Source: Planctomycetota bacterium (GTDB lineage Bacteria > Planctomycetota > SZUA-567 > H5-PLA8). From it: a stretch of 64,000 nt of DNA. The notes under the pieces are model-generated. The model was given only the letters and a program-made list of their open reading frames with translations, was not told the origin of the DNA and did not search any database. The DNA is taken from assembly GCA_038227875.1 (NCBI GenBank), contig JBBRPR010000002.1, positions 64,001 to 128,000 on the forward strand. Direction: 5' to 3'. The position numbers were made by a program, and so were the translations under genes. Positions 30,484 to 40,131 of this stretch are shown here, piece after piece (within the stretch, counting starts at the first letter, position 1; each line of letters starts with the position of its first letter).

Positions 30484-31437
30484 TCAAGCGTTGATTCCCG
30501 GCACCATCGGCAGGTCTTCTCCGTCTTCAGCTTCCTTTGGCACTTCCTTGGGCTTTTCGACGAAGCGTTTGTCGTGGCGCTGGCGGGCGTCGGCCAGGAA
30601 GCGGAAGAGGCGTTCGCGCGCGGCTTCGGCGCCTGGCGTACCGTGCATCGCCAGCATTTCCACTTCGTTGGCGAGGCTCAGCAATTCCTGGCCGAGTTCC
30701 TTCAAGGCCTTGCCGACTTCATGGGCGTTCTGATCGGCGATGTCAGTCCACATCGCCGGATCGCTGCCCGCCAGCCGTGTGGTGTCGCGCAGGCCGGGGC
30801 CGGAGATTTCCAGCGACTTGTCCGTTTGAATGTCGATTAGCGCCGCGGCGAGAATGTGCGGCAGATGGCTGGAGCGCGCGAGCACCGCGTCGTGTTCGTC
30901 CGGTGGCATGCGGAACGTGCGAAGATTGAGCGCCTTCCAGAATTCTTCGACCTTGCGGTACGCTTCGATGTCCGTCTGCTGTGTCGGCGTGATCACGCAG
31001 GGCGCGTGGTCGAGCACAACCAGGTCGGAGGCTTCGATGCCCTTCTTTTCACTGCCGGCGATGGGATGGCTGCCGACGAAACTGACTTTGGATTTGGAGC
31101 GGTGGATCAGATTTTCGATCTCGCGGACGATCACGCCCTTTGAAGAGCCGATGTCGGTGATGATCGCGCCTTCGCGGCAGGCGGGAAGCACGGCGGCAGC
31201 GGCGTCGAGAATGGTGCGGACGGGAACGCAGAGGATAATCAGGTCGGCATTCTGAACCGCGGAGCGCAGGTCGACGCTGGCATCGTCCACGGCGCCTTTC
31301 AAGCGCGCGCGTTCGATGGTCTCGGCGTTATCCGCGGCTCCGACGACGCGGTTGGCTGCGCCTGTTCGGCGGGCCGCCATACCAATGGCGCCGCCCATCA
31401 TACCCAACCCTACAATGCACAACCGATGTACGACCAC
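30484..31437 (-). CDS. tyrA: Prephenate/arogenate dehydrogenase
   Basis: IVGLGMMGG, TDIGSSK, FVGSHPIAGSE, HD..LA.SSHLPH and GLRDTTRLA motifs. Confidence 0.92.
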   Translation of the reverse strand: MVVHRLCIVGLGMMGGAIGMAARRTGAANRVVGAADNAETIERARLKGAVDDASVDLRSAVQNADLIILCVPVRTILDAAAAVLPACREGAIITDIGSSKGVIVREIENLIHRSKSKVSFVGSHPIAGSEKKGIEASDLVVLDHAPCVITPTQQTDIEAYRKVEEFWKALNLRTFRMPPDEHDAVLARSSHLPHILAAALIDIQTDKSLEISGPGLRDTTRLAGSDPAMWTDIADQNAHEVGKALKELGQELLSLANEVEMLAMHGTPGAEAARERLFRFLADARQRHDKRFVEKPKEVPKEAEDGEDLPMVPGINA

Positions 31438-31642
31438 GCGTGATTCCCTCGTCTCAAAAATGACACGGGTGATAGGGTAGCAGATGCGGCGAGAGGGTTC
31501 AAGTCGGGTGCGGTGGGGGGGCGAATTCGCGCCTTCGGCTTTCCTGAGGAGAATTGCGCCGGCATCCTCCCCAGACACAGTCAGGACATTGGGTGCCTCG
31601 CAACAAAGCTTGATGTGTGAACGGAACCGATATGGAAATTGT

Positions 31643-31984
31643 CTACGCGTCCAAACCCAGCTTCGTTTTCATTTCTTGCGCCTGCGACTCAGACAGGGCG
31701 CAGAAATGGCGTTTGTCTTCGGAGATGACAATAGTCACGGGTTTGGTGAAATGCTTGACGTGGGGATTGGGCGCTCGATTCAGGTGTGCGGGATCGATGG
31801 TGATCACGTTCGTGTCGTAAATCTGGGTCGGATCCTTTTCGTCGGTCACCGGAGCAACCCACCACTCTTCGATGACGGCGGGTTCCAGATCGATGATCGT
31901 CGCTTCAAATGTCGGGACGCAGAACGCTTTTCCGTCAAAGGCGCAATAGCGTATGTCCTTGTATTTTTCAGCCAGCGTAGCCAT
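31643..31984 (-). CDS. Hypothetical protein, 113 aa
   Basis: GAGG SD and host-like codon usage; downstream of the lipoprotein gene. Confidence 0.65.
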   Translation of the reverse strand: MATLAEKYKDIRYCAFDGKAFCVPTFEATIIDLEPAVIEEWWVAPVTDEKDPTQIYDTNVITIDPAHLNRAPNPHVKHFTKPVTIVISEDKRHFCALSESQAQEMKTKLGLDA

Positions 31985-32042
31985 GTCGATTTCCTCAAAA
32001 AAATTTCATGAATAGTAAAAAGCGTTCTGCGCCCACATCGGG

Positions 32043-32270
32043 TTACTTGGTCTCGATCTTGGTTTCCTGCTTGGTTTTGGTTACCGAACCGTCGGGATTT
32101 TCCGTCTTCGTTTCGATCTTTTCCTTCTTCGTGCCGTCGTCGTCGACCTTCACTTCCTTCTTGACGGTAGTCGGAGAAGTGGGCGTCACCGTGACCGACT
32201 CGCCACACCCTGCAATCAACAGTGTGACCAACGCGCCCAATCCGGCCGTAAACATGCGATTCAATGACAT
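32043..32270 (-). CDS. Small Lys/Thr/Glu-rich lipoprotein
   Basis: Lipobox LIAGC; AAGGAG SD; KKEV/KIETK repeats. Confidence 0.75.
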   Translation of the reverse strand: MSLNRMFTAGLGALVTLLIAGCGESVTVTPTSPTTVKKEVKVDDDGTKKEKIETKTENPDGSVTKTKQETKIETK

Positions 32271-32316
32271 GATTATCTCCTTGAGAAAGGTTTCCGTGCA
32301 CTGCGGCAATCATAAA

Positions 32317-32332
32317 TGCAAAGCAGAGGCCA
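32317..32332 (-). promoter_or_regulatory. Putative sigma-54 promoter
   Basis: Minus strand reads TGGCCTCTGCTTTGCA (GG-N10-GC with TTGCA), about 46 bp upstream of ATG 32270. Confidence 0.6.
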
Positions 32333-32534
32333 AGCCGTTTCACCTGCGTCGGCGTATAGCGTTTCAATTCGATTGAGTGGATACCGACCACAAACGTCCG
32401 GAATTCGGGGGGCGGGACTGGCTTTTAGCTCGTGGCTCTTGGAATCCTGTCGGGTTGATTTGGTGCCACTGGCACGGAGGAGTTAGTGCGGAGCAAGAAC
32501 TCAGTCTTGCCAGTGTGACCGTAGTGGCTACGAG

Positions 32535-33371
32535 CTAAGAGCCGCTCTTCCGCTGGCATTTCGGACAGAACCACGTGCCGCGCTGACCCATCACGATGCG
32601 TTTGATCGACGTCTTACAGCGCGAGCACGGTTGGCCTTCGCGGCCGTACGCGAGAAGTTCGCGCTGGAACCAGCCGGATTCGCCTTCGGCGTTGCGAAAG
32701 TTTTCGATGCTCGATCCGCCGGCTTCGATCGCGGAGCGGAGCACGGTCTGGATCGCCGCGTGGAGTTCCCGCGCGCGCTCAGGTTTCACGCGCGAGGCTA
32801 TGGCGAGCGGATGGAGTTTCGCCGCGTAGAGTGCTTCGTCGGCATAGATGTTGCCGACGCCGGCGAGGAACTCCTGGTTGAGCAGCAACGCTTTCAAGCG
32901 GCCGCCGCGGGCGCGCAGACGCGCGGCGAAATCGTCGGCGGAGATCTCGAGCGGCTCGGGGCCGAGCTTGGCGATCGATTTCATCGCGTCGAGCACGGCG
33001 CTTTTTCCGGTCCACACACGGCCGAACGTGCGGATGTCGCGGAAGAGCAGTAATTCGTTGCCGCCGTCGAGTCCAAAGCGTACGCGCGCGTACGCGTCGT
33101 TGAGTTCGTGCGGCGCCTTTGCGGGAATGACGCCCAGCCATCCGGTCATCCGAAGATGGACGGTCATGCCGAAATCCGATTCCAGCAGGACGCGAATGTA
33201 TTTGCCGCGGCGCTGGACGTCGATCACGCGCTGGTTGATCAGGCACTGCGGCTTGGCCGGCGATTCGGAGACCGTGGGCTTGTGGAGGACTTCGACGCCC
33301 ACGATCTTTCGGCCGACGAGGGACGTTTTCAAACCGCGCACGACGGTTTCGACTTCGGGGAGTTCTGGCAT
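32535..33371 (-). CDS. mutM: Formamidopyrimidine-DNA glycosylase
   Basis: N-terminal MPELPEVETV; RRGKY; HLRMTG; GVGNIYADE; C-terminal zinc finger. Confidence 0.96.
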   Translation of the reverse strand: MPELPEVETVVRGLKTSLVGRKIVGVEVLHKPTVSESPAKPQCLINQRVIDVQRRGKYIRVLLESDFGMTVHLRMTGWLGVIPAKAPHELNDAYARVRFGLDGGNELLLFRDIRTFGRVWTGKSAVLDAMKSIAKLGPEPLEISADDFAARLRARGGRLKALLLNQEFLAGVGNIYADEALYAAKLHPLAIASRVKPERARELHAAIQTVLRSAIEAGGSSIENFRNAEGESGWFQRELLAYGREGQPCSRCKTSIKRIVMGQRGTWFCPKCQRKSGS

Positions 33372-33382
33372 TGGCGATGATT

Positions 33383-34324
33383 CTATTTCACGAGTAGGAC
33401 GCGCTCGACGAACACGGCCGCAAAGAGCAGCAGACTGACACAGCCGTTGATGGTGAAGAAAGCCACGTTGACGCGGCTGAGGTCGTTGGGCCGGACGATC
33501 CAATGTTCGTACAGGAGTAAACCGGCGACAAGGACCACGCTGCCAAAATACCACGCGCCCATCGCCGCGTAAATTCCGCATGCAGCCAGGAGCGCGACGG
33601 CCAGCACATGCAGCACGGCCGACAGGATCAGCGAGTTGCGGATACCGATTTCCTTGGGCATGGAGTGCAAACGCGGATCGGCCAGATCGACGGCGTAATC
33701 CTGGCAGGCGTAGATCAAGTCGAAGCCGCTCACCCAGAGCAGCACGGTGGCGCTGAGGAGAATCGGAAACAGTTCCAGCGACAATCCCCAGCGCTGACCC
33801 AAACCGGCCAGCGGCGCGAGATCGCCGCGGACGGCCAGATGCGCGCCCAGCGGCGCCAGACCCAGCGCGAGCCCCAGCCAGAAATGACACAGGCAGGTGA
33901 AGCGCTTGGCCAGCGAATAGCCGAGCAGAATCGCGAGCACCGGCAGCGCCAGCACGAAGCAAATGTGATTGAATTGCGCCGCAAACAAACAGAAGAGCGC
34001 GCCGCTGATCAAGGTGAATGCCGCCATGAACGGCATCGAGACGGCGCCGGTGACCGTCGGCCGCGTGCGCGTGCGCGGGTTTTCGGCGTCGATGTCGCGG
34101 TCCATGAAGCGGTTGAAGGCCATCGCGGCACTGCGCGCGGAGATCATGCAGAGGACGATCAGCACCAGCGTGCGCGTGCCGGGCAGGCCCTGCGCGGCAA
34201 CGATCATCGCCAGCAGCGCGAACGGCAGGGCGAAGATGGAATGTGCGAATTTAATCGAGTCGAGCAACAACGACAGCGACTTGAAGCTGAACGCGGCCGG
34301 ATGAGCTGGGACTGTGGCGGGCAT
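33383..34324 (-). CDS. UbiA-family polyprenyltransferase (MqnP-like)
   Basis: IKFAHSIFALPFA, AMAFNRFMDRDIDAENPRT and GFDLIYACQD motifs. Confidence 0.92.
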   Translation of the reverse strand: MPATVPAHPAAFSFKSLSLLLDSIKFAHSIFALPFALLAMIVAAQGLPGTRTLVLIVLCMISARSAAMAFNRFMDRDIDAENPRTRTRPTVTGAVSMPFMAAFTLISGALFCLFAAQFNHICFVLALPVLAILLGYSLAKRFTCLCHFWLGLALGLAPLGAHLAVRGDLAPLAGLGQRWGLSLELFPILLSATVLLWVSGFDLIYACQDYAVDLADPRLHSMPKEIGIRNSLILSAVLHVLAVALLAACGIYAAMGAWYFGSVVLVAGLLLYEHWIVRPNDLSRVNVAFFTINGCVSLLLFAAVFVERVLLVK

Positions 34325-34334
34325 GGGTTACGCC

Positions 34335-34775
34335 TCAGCTGATAATGGCCGTGCGCAGCTCGTCTTCCTTCAAATCCACGGCGGCCAGCACCGCGCCGGC
34401 GACGGTGTTGCGCGTGCGCGCCAGGCCCAGCAGAAGATGCTCCGGGCCAATCTGCGGCTTCTGTGCGCGGACAGATTCGTCTTTCGCCGCTTCGATCACG
34501 CGCTTGGCGCGTTCGCTGAACGTCAGTTGCTCGTCGGTGAGCTGCAGGTCGCCGACACGCAGGTGGTGTTCAACCAGAATCTTAATTTGCGCGGGTGTGG
34601 CATTGGCAATCTGGAAACCCTTGGCCAGGACCGTGTCGTTCATCTGGACCAGCGCCAGGAGCATGTGTTCGGGCGTGATGTGTGTGTGCTTGTACTTCAG
34701 CACCGAGGCCTTCGCCTGTTCGATCACCTGCCGCGTCGCGGGGGTGAAGCGGTCAGAGGTGGCGTTCCCGGACAT
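34335..34775 (-). CDS. Stand-alone Clp protease N-terminal (double Clp-N) domain protein
   Basis: DRFT..RQVI..A; ITPEHMLLAL; FSERAKRVIE.A; IGPEHLLLGL; no AAA domain. Confidence 0.88.
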   Translation of the reverse strand: MSGNATSDRFTPATRQVIEQAKASVLKYKHTHITPEHMLLALVQMNDTVLAKGFQIANATPAQIKILVEHHLRVGDLQLTDEQLTFSERAKRVIEAAKDESVRAQKPQIGPEHLLLGLARTRNTVAGAVLAAVDLKEDELRTAIIS

Positions 34776-34840
34776 GGACTGTTGCTCCCGACGGTCGGTT
34801 CATGTGGAAAATTTCTAACCAGAGGATACCGTAAACCTTC

Positions 34841-36004
34841 ATGAGCAAAAATCAAAAATCCAAACCCGGAAATTCTTCGGAAGCCGTCGTCATTGGCGGC
34901 GGCGCCATGGGCTCAGCCACCGCGTTTGAGCTGGTCAAGCGCGGCGTCAAGACGCGGCTGTTCGAACAATATCTGATGGGCCACGATCTCGGATCCAGCC
35001 ACGGGTATTCGCGAATCATCCGCCGCGATTATTACGAGCACCCCGATTACGTGCCGCTCGTCGACCGCGCCTATGAACTCTGGCGCGAGCTGGAAGCGGC
35101 GTGCGGCGATCAGGTGTTGTACATCACCGGCATTCTCGGCATCGGCGTGCCGGGCGGAGAATACCTGACCGGTTCAGCGTTGAGCTGCAAGCGCTACAAA
35201 ATTCCGCACGAACGCCTGACCGCCAAACAGATCCGCAAGCGCTTTCCGCAGTTCAATCCGCCGGAAAATTTCGAAGGCGTATATCAGAAGGACGGCGGAA
35301 TTCTGGCGATCGAGCGCTGCATCCTCGCCTACCGCAATGAGACGCGCAAACTGGGCGGATTGATTCACGAGGACGAGGAAGTTCTCGCGATCGAACCGCA
35401 GCGCGGCGGCAAGTCGTTTCGCATCCGCACGCGCAAGGGCGAGTACACGACCGAGCGCGTGGTCATCTGCGCCGGGCCGTGGGCCGAGCGGATTTTGAAG
35501 ACGCTGAAGCTGAAGGTGCCGCTGGAAGTCGAGCGCCAAACGCTGGGCTTTTACACGCCGCTGGAGCGCGCGCCGTTCGAGCTGGGGAAGATGCCGGTCT
35601 TCTTCTTCGACTTCGGCGATTCCAATTACTACGGGTTTCCGTTCTTCGGCATCGACTGCGTGAAGGTCGCGCGCCATCACGGGGGGTCGGTGGTGAATCC
35701 AGAGACCGTCGAGCGAAATTTTACCGACAGCGACAACGAGCAGCTGCTGCGCTTCCTGAAAAGTTACATGCCCAAAGCTGCCGGCACGATGCGCCTGGGC
35801 AAGGTGTGCCTCTACACCAACACGCCCGACCACGATTTCATTCTCGACAAGCACCCGGAATACGAAGGCCTCTCGATCGCGTCGGGCTTCAGCGGACACG
35901 GATTCAAGTTCGCCAGCAGCGTCGGGGAAGTGATGGCGGAGCTGGCGACGAAAGGAAAATCGCGGCACGGCATCGGGCGATTCCGCATCGATCGCTTTAA
36001 ATAA
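34841..36004 (+). CDS. solA: N-methyl-L-tryptophan oxidase / monomeric sarcosine oxidase family
   Basis: VIGGGAMGSA, GSSHGYSRIIR, CLYTNTPD and GFSGHGFKF motifs. Confidence 0.85.
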   Translation: MSKNQKSKPGNSSEAVVIGGGAMGSATAFELVKRGVKTRLFEQYLMGHDLGSSHGYSRIIRRDYYEHPDYVPLVDRAYELWRELEAACGDQVLYITGILGIGVPGGEYLTGSALSCKRYKIPHERLTAKQIRKRFPQFNPPENFEGVYQKDGGILAIERCILAYRNETRKLGGLIHEDEEVLAIEPQRGGKSFRIRTRKGEYTTERVVICAGPWAERILKTLKLKVPLEVERQTLGFYTPLERAPFELGKMPVFFFDFGDSNYYGFPFFGIDCVKVARHHGGSVVNPETVERNFTDSDNEQLLRFLKSYMPKAAGTMRLGKVCLYTNTPDHDFILDKHPEYEGLSIASGFSGHGFKFASSVGEVMAELATKGKSRHGIGRFRIDRFK

Positions 36005-36059
36005 TCGCTGGAATGTGTGAGCGCTCCCCGTACCTTTTTTCCGCGGAGGGATATGCGTA

Positions 36060-36251
36060 ATGACGATTCGGTATTGTGAAAAGTGCGGCGTGCTGATGCG
36101 GGTGAAGGTGGTCACGCCACATTCGATCTGCCCCGATTGCAAAGCTGGCAAGAAGCCCAAGTACCGCGGCCCGCGCGACAGCGCAATGATCCCGCGCAAG
36201 AAGATCGACGCGCTCCGCTCCAACGATGCGTCCAAGCGCTCGGAGAAGTAG
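36060..36251 (+). CDS. Small basic zinc-ribbon protein
   Basis: YCEKCG...ICPDC; GGAGG SD. Confidence 0.7.
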   Translation: MTIRYCEKCGVLMRVKVVTPHSICPDCKAGKKPKYRGPRDSAMIPRKKIDALRSNDASKRSEK

Positions 36252-36259
36252 CACGGAAT

Positions 36260-36443
36260 ATTTTCGATTTCCGATTTCTAATTTTCCATCGGCGCAGCGT
36301 CGCCTGTGTACCAAGGAGCAGCGGCCGTATGCTGCTCCTTGCTCAACGTATAGAATGCCAGAATAAATATTCTTCTCGGCAGGCCCCCCGCGACACCGCT
36401 TGCGCGATCGAAAATCGAAAATGTTTAATCGAAAATCGAAAAT
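36260..36443. repeat. Heptamer (ATTTTCG/CGAAAAT) inverted-repeat element, about 185 bp
   Basis: ATTTTCGATTTCCGATTTCTAATTTTCCATCG ... CGATCGAAAATCGAAAATGTTTAATCGAAAATCGAAAAT. Confidence 0.8.
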
Positions 36444-36497
36444 GACCGTTCAACACTCCCCGTGAAACGTGGTATCTAATAGTGGGGAGGAGCGGCG

Positions 36498-37166
36498 ATG
36501 CGAATTCAAATCCTGACAACTCTGCTCGGTCTTCTCGCGTTGAACGGCTGCGGTACGCCGGAAGCGCCGAAGTCGACGCAGCTCGTCGCGCCTGTTCCTG
36601 ACGAACCCAAGCCCTCTCTCGTCGCCGCGCCCAAACCCACGCCGCAGCGGCCGTGGACATACAACGTGGCGCTCGCGATTCACGGCGCCACCGCCACAGG
36701 AGGCGACCGGCCACAGCTGCTCATCGACGGCAATTCCACCACTTACGATGGCGGCGAAGGTTACTCACAGACCGATTGGACCGTCAAACCCACGCCGTCG
36801 ATGGTCGTGACGCTGAAGGAAGCGGAGACGATCAACACGGTCCGCTTCCTGCTCTGGGACCAGGACAATCGCTTCTACCGTTACAAACTGGAAATTAGCC
36901 CCGATGCCGACGGCGAAAAATGGAACATGATCGCCGACCACTCGGTCACGGGAGAATTTCGAACCTGGCAGTTGATTTCATTTCCCGCCGCGTCCGTCCG
37001 TCGAATTCGCGTGACAGGGACGTTCGATTCATCAAACAATATGTTTCACGTCGTAGAACTTCAGGCCTACAACATCCCCGCCGACGTCAAACCGACCTGG
37101 GATGAAAAGAAGAACGACATGCCCAGCGCCGCGTCCAAAACCGGCGGGACCACGAGTGAATGGTAG
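36498..37166 (+). CDS. Lipoprotein with discoidin/F5-8 type C-like domain
   Basis: Lipobox-like LNGC; LIDGN; YRYKLEIS...W; RRIRV...VVELQAY. Confidence 0.8.
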   Translation: MRIQILTTLLGLLALNGCGTPEAPKSTQLVAPVPDEPKPSLVAAPKPTPQRPWTYNVALAIHGATATGGDRPQLLIDGNSTTYDGGEGYSQTDWTVKPTPSMVVTLKEAETINTVRFLLWDQDNRFYRYKLEISPDADGEKWNMIADHSVTGEFRTWQLISFPAASVRRIRVTGTFDSSNNMFHVVELQAYNIPADVKPTWDEKKNDMPSAASKTGGTTSEW

Positions 37167-37174
37167 CAGCCAGT

Positions 37175-38062
37175 TTACTTCTTCTTCGCGTCAAGCCGTT
37201 CGAATTTGATTTCCGTCACCGACTTCGCCGCCGTCGCTCCATGATCGCCGTCTTGCAGCGTGAAGACCACCGTGGCGGTGTGCACGCCGGCGATCCATTC
37301 TTTCGCCGCCAGATCGTAGGTCTGCTGGCCCTGCAGTTCGACTTCAACGTTGCGCGCCATGATGCGACCGTAGGAATCGCGGATGAACGGCGCCTTCAGC
37401 GTGCCACTGACTTTGACGCTCGGCTGGCGTTCGCTGCCTGCGTCGCCGGGTGAAGTGCTGCTCGCGGCTGCGTCGGGCTGCTTTTCGTACGTGAGCACGC
37501 CGGTCGCGGTGCCGCCGCCGAGCATGCTGTATTCAATGTTGCGCGTCCACTTCTCCTTGCCGGCCGGAAATGGCGCGTGGAAGAGCAGGCAATTGGTGAC
37601 CATGCCGCTGGCGACAAAATCCTTCGCGGCCGGATCGGAGTTGACCTTTTGTTTGGCAATCGCGCCGTCGTCGTCGAGTTCCAGCTTGGCGAGCACGGTG
37701 CCGAAACTGGCCTCCAGCGTTTTCTTGAGCGCCGGATCCTGGTCGGCGGTGAGCTCCTGCTTCTTGCTGTTCTGTCCGGTGAAAATGGTTTTCACGCGGT
37801 CCATGTAGCCTTCGTAGGAGACGGAGCCGTCGGAGGAATTCTTCACCGCAACGGAATCGCAGACGACGTTGACGTCGTGGCCCTGGCGCAGATGGCGGTA
37901 GTTGACGATCGTTTCGGTGCCGATCTTGTGGCGCTTGCCGTCGAGCTCCATTTCGGCGCGGCCGGTCATGGTCAGGCGGAATCGCAGCGCCTCCGCGCCG
38001 TCTTCAGCCCGCGCCCAGGCGCAGAAGAGCACCACTAATAGGTAGGAAACGCGATGCTTCAC
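37175..38062 (-). CDS. Secreted hypothetical protein, beta-rich
   Basis: Signal peptide ending ARA-E; host-like codon usage; start uncertain. Confidence 0.65.
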   Translation of the reverse strand: MKHRVSYLLVVLFCAWARAEDGAEALRFRLTMTGRAEMELDGKRHKIGTETIVNYRHLRQGHDVNVVCDSVAVKNSSDGSVSYEGYMDRVKTIFTGQNSKKQELTADQDPALKKTLEASFGTVLAKLELDDDGAIAKQKVNSDPAAKDFVASGMVTNCLLFHAPFPAGKEKWTRNIEYSMLGGGTATGVLTYEKQPDAAASSTSPGDAGSERQPSVKVSGTLKAPFIRDSYGRIMARNVEVELQGQQTYDLAAKEWIAGVHTATVVFTLQDGDHGATAAKSVTEIKFERLDAKKK

Positions 38063-38245
38063 GAGAACCTCAGATGTCCGCCGTGGAAACACGACGGGGA
38101 AGCAGAAAGTTTACTGCCGATATAGTCACTCGTGCAGCAAAAAGTGGAAAGACCCGGAACGAAAACATTTCGAGCGCGTCGAAAATGAGGTAGAGTTTTC
38201 GGTCTGGTCTGACTCGCCCAACCACTTTCTCCAGGAGATGCGCGC

Positions 38246-38899
38246 ATGCTTTCACGTCGGATGCAGTGTGCCGGATTGTTCGCGATGGCGATGATCTCGT
38301 TTGGCGGCGCAATGGCCAGCGAGACGGACGCTCCGTTCGTCGTCGAGCAGCGCGACCGTCGCGATCCGTTCACGTTCCGGTCGAAGTTTGGAGTGCAGGC
38401 GGTCAAAGAAGACGTTACCGGTTGCTACCCCGTCCCGCCCGTCCCGCCGACTTTCGATCTGATCGCTGCGCGTGCGAAATTGCAAGAAACCTACGCGCGC
38501 GCCGAAAACGCGTTCCTGGACGCACAGTTTCCGCAATCGCTTCAGGGCTGCGATGAGGGACTGACGGTGCTGCAGAGCATTCCTGAAAATCAACGTGCCA
38601 GCTTCGGCACATTCCAGAACGACCTGGCGCGCCTGCGCACCGCGACAGAACGCCAGATTCAGCGCGCGGAAGCGCAGCGGCAGTTCGATTCGCTGAACGT
38701 ATCGCTGACCGGCGTGGTGGTCCACGATCGCCAGTCGCAGGCGATCGTGAACGCGAAAATCGTCTCGCGCGGCGAGCTCGTCCCGCTGACCAATTCACCG
38801 CAGGACGTGATCGTGCTGGAAATCCGACCGCAGGAAGTCGTCTTCCTCTTCCACGGTTACCGGATGCCGGTGGCGATTAAAGACAACGCTGACCACTAA
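38246..38899 (+). CDS. Exported PilP/GspB-like protein
   Basis: RRDPF motif near the N-terminus; C-terminal LTGVV....QAIVN..IV..GE...VLEIRPQEVVF pattern. Confidence 0.55.
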   Translation: MLSRRMQCAGLFAMAMISFGGAMASETDAPFVVEQRDRRDPFTFRSKFGVQAVKEDVTGCYPVPPVPPTFDLIAARAKLQETYARAENAFLDAQFPQSLQGCDEGLTVLQSIPENQRASFGTFQNDLARLRTATERQIQRAEAQRQFDSLNVSLTGVVVHDRQSQAIVNAKIVSRGELVPLTNSPQDVIVLEIRPQEVVFLFHGYRMPVAIKDNADH

Positions 38900-38902
38900 T
38901 TA

Positions 38903-39793
38903 CTACAGCAGCTCTTGCCCGGTGATCTGTTTGTACGCGTCGACGTACTTCTCGCGCGTCTTTTCGACCACGGACTCCGGCAGCGGCGGCGCGGGCGGCT
39001 GTTTGTTCCAACCGATGCCTTCCAGGTAGTCGCGCACGAACTGCTTGTCGTAGCTCAATTGCGTCTGCCCCGGCGTCCACTTTTCGCGCGGCCAGAAGCG
39101 CGAACTGTCCGGCGTCAGCACTTCGTCGACGAGAATAATTTCGCCGCCAGCCAGTCCGAATTCGAGCTTGGTGTCGGCGATGATGATCTCGCGGGTCAGC
39201 GCGTGCGCCGACGCGCGTTCGTAGACGCTGATGGTCAGTTCGCGGAGCTTCTCGGCGTTCGTCGCGCCGATGATCTTGCTCGCTTCTTCAAAGCTGATGT
39301 TCTGATCGTGGCCGCTGGTGGCCTTGGTCGCCGGCGTAAAAATCGGCGCATCCAAACGCGAACCGTTGGTCAGACCACGGGGGAGGGGAATGCCGCAGAC
39401 GGAACCTTTCTCCTGGTATTCCTTCCAGCCGGAGCCCATCAGGTAGCCGCGCACCACGCATTCGATCGGAAAAACTTCGGCCTTCTTCACCAGCATCGAA
39501 CGTCCCGCGAGAATCTCCGCGTGAGCTTCCAGGCCGTGGCCCATTTTCGTGACGTCGGTGGTGATCAGGTGATTTTTCGGAAGATCGCCGAGGAACTGAA
39601 ACCAGAACCGCGACAGGCTGTTGAGCACCTTTCCTTTATCGGGAATCGGCGTCGGCAGCACGCAGTCGAACGCGCTCAGCCGGTCGGTGCTGACGATCAA
39701 TAATTTTTCGCCCAGGTCATAAACATCGCGAACCTTGCCGCGCGCGACCAGTTTCAGGCCGGGCAGTTTCGTTTCAAAAACGGGAGCAGACAT
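38903..39793 (-). CDS. purC: SAICAR synthase
   Basis: GKVRDVY, TDRLSAFD, ECVVRGYL.GSGW, DTKLEFG, DEVLTPDSSRFW and DKQFVRD motifs. Confidence 0.97.
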   Translation of the reverse strand: MSAPVFETKLPGLKLVARGKVRDVYDLGEKLLIVSTDRLSAFDCVLPTPIPDKGKVLNSLSRFWFQFLGDLPKNHLITTDVTKMGHGLEAHAEILAGRSMLVKKAEVFPIECVVRGYLMGSGWKEYQEKGSVCGIPLPRGLTNGSRLDAPIFTPATKATSGHDQNISFEEASKIIGATNAEKLRELTISVYERASAHALTREIIIADTKLEFGLAGGEIILVDEVLTPDSSRFWPREKWTPGQTQLSYDKQFVRDYLEGIGWNKQPPAPPLPESVVEKTREKYVDAYKQITGQELL

Positions 39794-39883
39794 TCCAGAA
39801 TTTCCTCAGCCGCGTTGTGTGACGTGAACGCGCTGATTATGGTTGGGATGGCCTGCGATACAACGGGAAAACGGGTGGGGACG

Positions 39884-40060
39884 AACGGATGGCATCGGGG
39901 ATCGGGCATCAGGCATCGGTCGTTGGGCAAATCAAACGAACGGATACTGCGCCATCCGAAAGTTGATCTTCACTCTGAAAAATGAACACTGGCATCTTCC
40001 GTGCACCTGCCCAATGACCGATGCCAGATGCCAGATGCCCGATCCCCGATGCCATCCGTT
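39884..40060. repeat. Palindromic heptamer element, copy 2
   Basis: AACGGATGGCATCGGGGATCGGGCATCAGGCATCGGTCG ... TGACCGATGCCAGATGCCAGATGCCCGATCCCCGATGCCATCCGTT. Confidence 0.9.
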
Positions 40061-40131
40061 TTCACCCTATCCCCATTTCAAGAACGCACTAAATTAACAC
40101 AGAGGCAATCCAATCCAGGGAGGAACATCGC

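Noticed and set aside
32463..32515. CACTGGCA...TGCCAGTG inverted repeat as a REP element
   Set aside because: Single copy with only 8-bp arms, so it cannot be supported from this window.
32535..33962. N-terminally extended 475-aa MutM
   Set aside because: The catalytic N-terminus must be MPELPE (ATG 33371), and the extension overlaps the UbiA gene.
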